DNA of 32,112 bases from Octopus bimaculoides (Eukaryota). Below, piece by piece: positions 1-9,629 of the stretch (its first letter is position 1; every line of letters starts with the position of its first letter). A model generated the notes under the pieces. That model was not told the DNA's origin. It worked only from the letters and a program-made list of their open reading frames with translations, and searched no databases. The DNA lies in NCBI RefSeq assembly GCF_001194135.2, contig NC_068983.1, forward strand, positions 95,198,345-95,230,456, given 5' to 3'. The position numbers and the translations under genes were made by a program.

Positions 1-33
<33 letters not shown>

Positions 34-728
34 CTCTGTCTATTAAACCTCCTCTCACTCACTACTCACTCACTCACTCCCTCACTCGCTTTACGAGTGT
101 TTGTCACTCTCCCGCTGTACTAAGCATGCTCTCACTCAGCTCGGCTGCAAAGCTTAAGCTAAGAAGACGGAACAGCCGATTCTCGCAGCTTGTGTATAAT
201 TCCAGCAGAGGATTTCAACAAAATCGTCGGATAAAACCACTTTAACGGTCTATCATCATGTTAGCGACACCAGATCCCTTTGGAATCTGAAAATCCGTGC
301 AATATCCGTGGATCTGCTTTGTTCTATAAGAAGAAAGGCCGGTCTGTGAGGCTGAGTGAGATGAACTGAGCGTGAGAGAAGGAAATGGAAAATGAGGGAT
401 AAAGAAAGAAAAGGTGGATAAGGAAAGGTGATGTGAAGACAGTATAAGAAGAAAGAGAGGGTGAAAACTGGAACTCCGGAGAGAGAGAGAATGAGAGAGA
501 GAGAGAGAGAGAGATAATGGGAGAGGGAAAAAAAGTAGAAAGGGAGTAGTTTACATGATATGGATTAGTATGAATGAGAATATATAGATTCATAATACAA
601 GTGTTGTGTGTGTGCGTGTGCATACAGAAGTATGTATGTATATGTGTTTATGTATTGTATATATGTTTGTATATATATATATATGTGTGTGTGTGTATGT
701 AACACACACACAATGAGCTAATTTTAGT

Positions 729-1193
729 NNNNNNNNNNNNNNNNNNNNNNNNNNNNNNNNNNNNNNNNNNNNNNNNNNNNNNNNNNNNNNNNNNNNNNNN
801 NNNNNNNNNNNNNNNNNNNNNNNNNNNNNNNNNNNNNNNNNNNNNNNNNNNNNNNNNNNNNNNNNNNNNNNNNNNNNNNNNNNNNNNNNNNNNNNNNNNN
901 NNNNNNNNNNNNNNNNNNNNNNNNNNNNNNNNNNNNNNNNNNNNNNNNNNNNNNNNNNNNNNNNNNNNNNNNNNNNNNNNNNNNNNNNNNNNNNNNNNNN
1001 NNNNNNNNNNNNNNNNNNNNNNNNNNNNNNNNNNNNNNNNNNNNNNNNNNNNNNNNNNNNNNNNNNNNNNNNNNNNNNNNNNNNNNNNNNNNNNNNNNNN
1101 NNNNNNNNNNNNNNNNNNNNNNNNNNNNNNNNNNNNNNNNNNNNNNNNNNNNNNNNNNNNNNNNNNNNNNNNNNNNNNNNNNNNNNNNNNNNN
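729..1193. other. assembly gap; other gaps at 3937-4621, 6615-6624, 7100-7109, 13209-13292, 19471-19846, 23723-24213, 29204-29904
   Basis: Runs of N. Confidence 1.
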
Positions 1194-1321
1194 TATATCT
1201 GTATCTATATATATCTATATCTATATAATATGCATATATATATATATATGTGTGTGTGTGTATGTAACACACACACAATGAGCTAATTTTAGTTATATTT
1301 ATACATATATATGCATGTATG

Positions 1322-1352
<31 letters not shown>

Positions 1353-1719
1353 ATTTATTTGCACATGTATGTCTGTGTATGTGTGTGTGCTCTCACGCAC
1401 GTTTGAGCGTGTTTCTGTGCACGTGTGTGTGTTATATATGATTTGGCACAAAGAATGCTTCAACAAGAAGAAATGAATACTTAATAGGAAAAATGTGGAG
1501 TTCATTATATTTACTGGAAAATGAAAACTTTCCTTACCAGTACAATGAGTTTCAAGTTTCCGACCTTGGTATGGTATATCACAGTGTGTATGTTCGAGAG
1601 CGCGCGCGCGCGCATAAACACATGTATCCATACATACGTACATACAAACATACATACATATATACGTACATACATACATACGTACAGATTACAAGTTATT
1701 ATTGGGGTCCTGAGATATA

Positions 1720-2097
1720 TTGTTGTTGTTGGTACGACGTCGAGGGTTCCAGTTGATCCGATCAACGGAACAGCCTGCTCGTGAAATTAACGTGCATGTG
1801 GCTGAGCACTCCACAGACATGAGTATTCTTAACGTAGTTCTCGGGGGATATTCAGCGTGACACAGTGTGACAAGGCTGACCCTTTGAATTACAGGTACAA
1901 CGGAAGCAGGAAGTAAGAGTGAGAGAAAGTTGTGGTGAAAGAATACAACAGGGTTCGCCACCATCCCCTGCCGAAGTCTCGTGGAGCTTTAGGTGTTTTC
2001 GCTCAATAAACACTCACTACGCCCGGTCTGGGAATCGAAACCGCGATCCTATGACCGCGAGTCCGCTGCCCTAACCACTGGACTATTGCGCCTCCAC
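1720..2097 (-). mobile_element. tRNA-derived SINE (family A)
   Basis: Minus strand starts GGAGGCGCAATAGTCCAGTGGTTAGGGCAGCGGACTC...GGTTTCGATTCCCAGACC (tRNA-like head with A- and B-box-like motifs). A ~300-bp body follows and ends in a (CAA)n-like tail. Confidence 0.8.
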
Positions 2098-4832
2098 TGG
2101 GATATGTAATATATTGCCTAAATACCAATGTTGAGAAAGTAAGCTTCTCAAAACCAGGAAGAAAATAGCTGATTCTAAGACTACAGGTCCCAGTCATCAC
2201 TGGAACTGTAAATCTTTGGATCTAGGTTAGAAACTGATTCTTTCTCTATTGGCAAGAAAGCTTGAAATAAAACTGAATAATGACAAACATACATACATAC
2301 ATACATACATGTATACATGCATACACATGCATGCATGCATACATACATACATACATACATACATACATACATACATACATACATACGTACATACATATGG
2401 TGGCTATCAATTCGTAGGCGAGTATGACTATCGCTGATGAATTGTCCTAAATGTTCAAGATAATGGCTGTCAGTAATATTTGTGCTGAAATTTAAAGTCA
2501 ATAACCGCTTTTACAACACCGCCAAGACTCTCACCTACACAGCCAAGTCGTCCGAAAACAAGCAAGTGCAAGATTCATGGCTTCGTAATGAGGCGGCTTG
2601 TATTTCGGAATTTACTTCTAGAGAGATATCTAAGCAAAGACCAGGGGTTCTCTCACGCTCAGCTGTTGGATGGGCGTTGACTTTGCTGAGTTCTTCCACC
2701 CTTTCGCGGATTTTGTGTTTCGTCCTGCAGGCTGTCCAACGAAAACCCATTATCCTTAACGAGGTGGCTTGGTAGGTGTGTCGGTTTAGTCACCGAAACC
2801 CCGACCATGTGTCAGGTTGTATTAGGTTACATGTTGCCAATAGCTCGAAGAGTGACCTGATATAATACATAAAAGCACCCCACCACACATACATATATTA
2901 CTTTCATTTGGGTTTTAGCCTTGGAGTTTGCTTTATGAATCTCGTCCACGGGTACTTGCTATAAAACGGAAACTGTTAGCTTGGATCTTTGTGATTTTCG
3001 TCACTGTATACAATTATCTTTAAAAAATATTTTAATGTATCATATAGATGTAATTTGTAACGCTGAATCCGAATTATTAATTTATTTCAGAAAAATTTTG
3101 CAAAAATGTTACAGGTGTTCAAAGTTTGATAATTTTTTAGAATTTTCAGCCAATCAGAAAACAGCGCATTCGCTACCTCTTCCATCACCATCATCGGGGG
3201 CGGGGGGCATCGGCATGTCAAAACATTGCTAGAAATAACAGTCAAAGCATTAAAAGATACAGAAATGAAGTTAATATTAAAACATTCGTGGGCAAATTAA
3301 ATATTTAAAAGCTACGAACAAACAAAACAACAGGAGCTGCTAGAAATAATAGTTAAAACAGTGTTTAAAACAGACATTTATTATTAATTAAAAAAAGTTC
3401 AAGAGCGAAAGTTTGCAGTACACTCTTGGATTTTACAAAATAAATTAGGTGAAACGCTCCCACTGCCAGTTTGCTATCACCCCTTCCTTTCTAATTCATA
3501 TGTTGTGACGGAGAAAAACACAAGTTTTATTATAGTAGAAGATTAGCTTTCTTGAATCTCCTTTTCTTCGCATTAGGTACTAAATGTGGTTATTTTGAGA
3601 TGTCCACTGTGTGGCGTTATTATTTTCTGTAATAATGCCCTTTAGATAAATATAAACGAATAACTATATTCTTGGGAATAGAAATTTCCCTTATGAAATT
3701 TTTTTACACACTGGCTTCATGATAAAATTCTTGTAAAAGAGTTTTATCCCTTTTTGGATTTATATATATATATATATATATATATAGCGAGAGAGTTAGG
3801 GGTTGAGGATTCAACCGACTAAGGGATAGTATCTATCCAATATACTGCTGGGAGGGTACCCAATTATTGTTACACTAGTGTTATACCAAGTGCAATAAGT
3901 GGGTGCGGGTAAAAGGGTGTTATTTTACCCTAAATTNNNNNNNNNNNNNNNNNNNNNNNNNNNNNNNNNNNNNNNNNNNNNNNNNNNNNNNNNNNNNNNN
4001 NNNNNNNNNNNNNNNNNNNNNNNNNNNNNNNNNNNNNNNNNNNNNNNNNNNNNNNNNNNNNNNNNNNNNNNNNNNNNNNNNNNNNNNNNNNNNNNNNNNN
4101 NNNNNNNNNNNNNNNNNNNNNNNNNNNNNNNNNNNNNNNNNNNNNNNNNNNNNNNNNNNNNNNNNNNNNNNNNNNNNNNNNNNNNNNNNNNNNNNNNNNN
4201 NNNNNNNNNNNNNNNNNNNNNNNNNNNNNNNNNNNNNNNNNNNNNNNNNNNNNNNNNNNNNNNNNNNNNNNNNNNNNNNNNNNNNNNNNNNNNNNNNNNN
4301 NNNNNNNNNNNNNNNNNNNNNNNNNNNNNNNNNNNNNNNNNNNNNNNNNNNNNNNNNNNNNNNNNNNNNNNNNNNNNNNNNNNNNNNNNNNNNNNNNNNN
4401 NNNNNNNNNNNNNNNNNNNNNNNNNNNNNNNNNNNNNNNNNNNNNNNNNNNNNNNNNNNNNNNNNNNNNNNNNNNNNNNNNNNNNNNNNNNNNNNNNNNN
4501 NNNNNNNNNNNNNNNNNNNNNNNNNNNNNNNNNNNNNNNNNNNNNNNNNNNNNNNNNNNNNNNNNNNNNNNNNNNNNNNNNNNNNNNNNNNNNNNNNNNN
4601 NNNNNNNNNNNNNNNNNNNNNTATACACATATACTAGGGCGGCTTTTAAGCTACTGACCTCGGATGGGAAGATCTGCAAACAGATCTCTGACTTGTTTTG
4701 GAGAATTTGTTGCAATTGCTTCCTCCAGAGTTATATCCCAGTGATCATATTCGTCACAAAAAATCACGTAAAAAATTGCCAAAAATAATCGCTGGAATTT
4801 GCAATTAATTTTTATTATTAATAGTTAAGTTA

Positions 4833-5057
4833 GTGAAGAAGTGGTTCAAAGAACAGTCAACAGAATTTTACAGGACAGAGATACATGCTCTCATTCGAAG
4901 GTGGAACATAGCTATTGAGAGAAACGGTGACTATGTTGAGAAGTAGGGATGTGATTCGCAGAGGACCAGCTTCGTTTTGATGTATGATACATGTTCCTGT
5001 GCTGGTAATTATACCTGTCCTAAACAAAATGGCATTACTTTTTGACTCCCCCTCGTA
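4833..5057 (+). mobile_element. mariner transposon 3' fragment (transposase C-terminus and right TIR)
   Basis: 4833-4946 translates VKKWFKEQSTEFYRTEIHALIRRWNIAIERNGDYVEK*, matching the mariner C-terminal pattern WF..Q..FY..GI..L..RW....GDYVEK. It ends ATTACTTTTTGACTCCCCCTCG-TA, a mariner-type TIR plus TA target. Confidence 0.85.
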
Positions 5058-5229
5058 TATATAAGAGAATCTCTCAAGGCTAATGACGCAGTATTCTAAC
5101 AAGATATTCACATTATGTTAGATATAAAGATTATCTTTTGATATTACTTGTGCTATATAAAAATAGACTGAAGTCAATGAAAAATAAGTTATAAGTAAAT
5201 AATTTTATAAAATTGAAAGAAGTCCCTAG

Positions 5230-6143
5230 GTATACCAGCAAACCCAGGAAGCGCTAAAACTGTTGGTAGAACCCTCCCTTCGTAAATAACATTAAAATAG
5301 CTTTTCATAATCAATTCGAAAAAATTGTCTCCTCACCATAGGTACCACAGAATCTTTAATAGGAAAACCCTTAAACCATTAAATTTTCCTACTCCATGAC
5401 TTCGAACTTAGAAAATATCTTAGCTCCATCTAATATGTACAAACTAGAAATTTCATAATCCTAAATCCCGCTCCTTACCTGTTAGTGAATGTCAGAAAAT
5501 TAACCTCAAATCTCTAATTGGTCACATTGAAACTGAAGCTAAAACTGAGCCTTCTACTGGGCAGCCGGAGGTAGTTCTCGCCACCACTGACTCTGATAGT
5601 ACCACAATGCCCCTAACAGTGCCAAATATTAACACCAAACATCTCACCTCAACAGGGAACTGTAGATAACGAGGCCCCTATATGACCATCAATATACCAT
5701 CCATTAGAATCATAGTTGTAATTATATAAACCTGCGAAAAAGTCTCTTGAATGGAAACTGCATCCAAGCTAATGTGGTGTATCAGTGTGTTTTAACGACC
5801 AACTCCACTATAGATCTTACATCGGAACCACCACTAACTCGGTAAAGCTCAGAATTCCACCCCATAAACATATTTTCACAATCTTAACTTAAAATCTATT
5901 ACCCTCTTCCCTAAGCATATTCACACAATCAATTGCCGAAACATTAACTACGATATTAAACGGTCCATTCTGGCCAAAGACCAACCCTATAGCGGTAATG
6001 AGAAATTTCCCAAACTCTGCTTCTGTGCAGCTTTCGAAATTCTATTCGCCGATATGGACAAAATCCTTAATAAGCTTAACGAACAAAATGTCAATTGTAA
6101 ACATGAATTAATATTTACATTCAAGAACTTTATGAGAGAATAA
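5230..6143 (+). mobile_element. decayed Penelope-like retroelement, linker plus GIY-YIG endonuclease
   Basis: Frameshifted pieces: KPRKR*NCW*NPPF, HRIFNRKTLK, FSYS.TSNLENIL, NGNCIQANVVYQC, YIGTTTNSVKLR (YIG at 5818-5826), INYDIKRSILAKDQPYSGNEKFPKLCFCAAFEILFADMDKILNKLNEQNVNCKH. This is the motif order of Penelope/Poseidon-type C-termini. Confidence 0.8.
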
Positions 6144-6300
6144 ATAACATTAACATATTTTTTAATATTGTTATACTTGCAGATGGCCATTTTGTGCCAA
6201 TTAAACACACGCTCTATACATTTGGTCTTTACTTCAACTTTATTATTTTTTTTTACAGAAAGAAAATAATAATAATAATGGATAATGATAATAATAATAA

Positions 6301-6480
6301 TCCTTTCTACTATAGGTACAGGGCATGAAATTTTACATCGACTCCAGTGTTTCATTGGTACTTTATCAACCGCAAAAGGATGAAAGGCAAAGTCGACCTC
6401 GACGGAATTTGAACTCAGCGTAGCGACGGGCAAAATACGGCTAAGCATTTCGTCCAGCATGCTGCCAGTACGTCGCCTTA
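6301..6480 (-). mobile_element. tRNA-derived SINE (family B), internally deleted copy
   Basis: Shares head and core (GAGTTCAAATTCC...GTCGACTTTGCCTTTCATCCTTT) with the copies at 7747 and 22081. It has an (ATT)n tail. Confidence 0.8.
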
Positions 6481-6501
6481 AATAATATTATTATTATTAT
6501 T

Positions 6502-6559
<58 letters not shown>

Positions 6560-6560
<1 letters not shown>

Positions 6561-7140
6561 ACACAGATAGAGAAATTAAGGCAAATAAACCTACACACAG
6601 ATAGAGAAATTAAGNNNNNNNNNNGATAGAGAAATTAAGGCAAATAGACCTACACACAGATAGAGAAATTAAGGCAAATAGACCAGATATAGTTGTCAAA
6701 GATCATGAAGAAAAAAACTGCTTTCTAATTGATGTATCAATACCAGCAGATGACAACGTTTCTCTAAAAGAAATGGAAAAACTTTCAAAATACAAAGACC
6801 TGGAAATAGAGTTAACTCGAATGTGGAATCTAAAAACAGAAACAATTCCTATCATAGTAGGTGCCTTAGGTATAATAAAAAAATATTCAGACAAATACAT
6901 AACAAAAACACCAGGACTTACAAATATATATAACATATAGAAAATTGCACTACAAGGCACTGCACACATTCTACGCAAAACACTTTCAATACAGTAACCG
7001 TAAGAACACCACAGCAAACCACAGCACATACCCAAGGCGCACAGAGCAGCGCTCGGTAGTGAAGTGAAAGCACGTTAAAAAAAATAAAACTACTGAACCN
7101 NNNNNNNNNAAGCACGTTAAAAAAAATAAAACTACTGAAC
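6560..7140 (+). mobile_element. 5'-truncated R4/Dong-clade non-LTR retrotransposon (restriction-like endonuclease and 3' UTR)
   Basis: 6653-6997 reads HTDREIKANRPDIVVKD...LIDVSIPADDN..KEMEKLSKYKDL...IPIIVGALG...IALQGTAHILRKTLSIQ* with one in-frame TAG (PD-(D/E)xK RLE motifs). It is flanked by (TAA)n on both sides. Confidence 0.9.
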
Positions 7141-7141
7141 C

Positions 7142-7183
<42 letters not shown>

Positions 7184-7186
<3 letters not shown>

Positions 7187-7725
7187 GCCCTGATACAGTA
7201 TCAGGCACTGGCTCTCATGGCTTTTGATCATAACTGACTGGAAATGTTATCATGTACATTGTTTTGTCATGGTATAAAAGATGGGCTACAGCAAATATTT
7301 TGCTCAATACCACATTTTGTTTGTCAGTTGCTTGACCTTAACCAGTTGAGCATATCCCTTAGTGGCTGACAATATGTGCATCTTTGAACACGAGCAGAAG
7401 TAGTGGGGGAGCATCATAGCCATGTGTTGAGAGGAGTTCTTTGGGCTTTGAATGGAAACGTTTTGTTCAACGTCCTTGAACAAACCTTATTCAGAGACCT
7501 TTTGAGCGGGATGAGCTACTCAACCTGAAGAAAATTCTAACTGAGCCTGGCCTGCAAGGTCATGTGCTGTTTATCTTGATATAAAATCACCTGGTTGCGC
7601 AAATATTTTTGTGATATAAGTGCCTGGTGTACCCTTATTAGATGGGTAGTCATGATGGGTATATTGGGCTTCGTATATTTGTACTCCAGTGTCACTTTGA
7701 TGGCATGCGCTGCTCTCTCACTCAA
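7184..7725. repeat. unclassified ~540-bp insert between two (TAA)n tracts
   Basis: Non-coding block bounded by (TAA)n at 7142-7183 and a TAA-like tract from ~7725. There is a short hairpin CCTGAT-ACAGT-ATCAGG at its left end. No recognisable ORF. Confidence 0.35.
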
Positions 7726-7746
7726 TAATAATAATGATAATAATAA

Positions 7747-8102
<356 letters not shown>

Positions 8103-8774
8103 AAAGCTGAAGTGAAGATCAAATATATAGTGCGTGTTTAATTGGCAAAATATGACCAACCCCAAGTATAACAATATCTAAGAAGGTTAAAAAGAGGAGA
8201 AAATAGAAATCTTCTGACAATACGAATATGTCCAGTTATGCAGGTTTCATGAAATGTGTATAACTGCATATTTCCCAGACCTGAAGACGCGCCTGAGCAC
8301 CTGAAATATAATATCTTTATAAAACTTACCGCATTGTCAGAAGCTTCCTTTTTCTTTTCTCTTTTGTTACCTTCTTCAATACAACAATGCTTCAAGCGAA
8401 CTACAATAATCTTATAACAATGCGACTTCATTAAAAAAATCTTGCGAAACAATACGTAAACGTAAAACTTTTCTGTTTTTGTTATGAAATCATTGACTGG
8501 ATTACTCGAACCGCCAATAATGACGGAGCTATTGTTGAAAAATGTACATGGTGAAAGTTACTTAAAAGAGGGTGAGAATGTAAATAAAATTTCCAAAATA
8601 ACAAAAAAAATAAATAAATAAAAAGGTAGGGAGCCTATATTTAATTCTCACCAAATATTACACATGTTTTTTACAAATATTACACATATTTTTAATATGT
8701 GCAACCTGTTGTAGTCAATTGCTCACTCGTTATTCTACATTATTTTCAACAATAAATACTCTTTCTGATTTCAC

Positions 8775-9625
8775 AAAACTCCAGAAGAAAACGAAAACGA
8801 AAACTTTCAGATAGGGACCGTCGGACTCTTACACGAATTGTTAGAAAAAATTGTTCGCTAGAAGCTGCACAAAGTCGGATTTCACGGGAAGGCTGCAATC
8901 AGAAAATCACTACTTTCAAAAATAAGCATTGCAAAGTGTTTAGAGTGGAGTAAAAACTTACAGAATTGGTCCTTAGAGCAGTGGAAGAATGTTATTTTCT
9001 CGGACGAGTCATCCTTTTCCTTATTTCCGACCACCGGCCGAGTATACGCATGGAGACAGCCAAAAGAAGCATTTGACCCAGACTGTCTTCTTCCAACTGT
9101 TAAACATGAAGGAGGATCTGTGATGATCGGGGGTAGGGCTATGTCTTGGAAATCCGCCGGTCCAATGGTTTCCCTTCATGGCAGAATTAATAGTCAAAAC
9201 TATTTAAGCATTTTATCTAATCAAATTCATCCTATGGTAGCGGAACTGTTTCCGGAAGGAAACGCAATCTTTCAGGATGATAATGCACCAATTCACACAG
9301 CTAAAGTTGTTATTGAATGGCACGAGGAACCTTCTAGTAAAGCTGAACATCTTATCTGGCTACCACAGTCGCCAGATCTCAATATTATTGAACACTTATG
9401 GTGCATTTTAGAAAAACAAGTAAGGAGTCGATATCCTCCACCATCATCACGACTGTTTTAGCTGAAAAATGGACAAAAATTCCTTTGGAAACAATTGAAA
9501 CTTTGTACGAGTCCATACCTCATAGAATTGAAACTGTAGTTACTCCCAAAGGTGGTCCTATCCCATATTAGAATAAATTTTTTTGAAATGTTAAGGTGTT
9601 TCCATTATTTTGCCCAGTCCCTGTA
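8775..9625 (+). mobile_element. Tc1-type transposon remnant with DD36E transposase, lacking the left TIR
   Basis: Reads RKLSDRDRRTLTRIVRKN, ELHKVGFHG, WKNVIFSDESSF, FQDDNAPIH...SPDLNIIE; I count 36 codons between the second catalytic D and E. Right TIR AAGGTGTTTCCATTATTTTGCCCAGTCCCTG ends at 9623, followed by TA. Contains an internal deletion and frameshifts. Confidence 0.9.
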
Positions 9626-9629
9626 TATA

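Noticed and set aside
155-185. TAAGAAG(A)CGGAACAG shared with ~14508-14523
   Set aside because: Short match with no flanking homology; compatible with chance.
690-1292. ~40-bp direct repeat (GTGTATGTAACACACACACAATGAGCTAATTTTAGT) on both sides of the first gap
   Set aside because: Identical sequence abutting a gap is most simply an unmerged contig overlap.
2020-2097. tRNA gene candidate
   Set aside because: The tRNA-like head is fused to a SINE body and tail and I could not fold a full cloverleaf, so it is a SINE head.
2425-2505. CTGATGA...GAAATTTAAAGTC
   Set aside because: 46-nt unpaired spacer, missing C after GAAA, and no stem I.
3899-4715. Long ORFs in the track here and at 724, 23673 and 29089
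   Set aside because: Artefacts of reading through N runs.
5200-5400. Minus-strand TGA-rich frame suggesting a mitochondrial insertion
   Set aside because: No mitochondrial protein motif; the plus strand is explained by Penelope motifs.
7070-7140. Duplicated AGCACGTTAAAAAAAATAAAACTACTGAAC around a 10-N gap
   Set aside because: Typical overlap artefact at a minimal gap.
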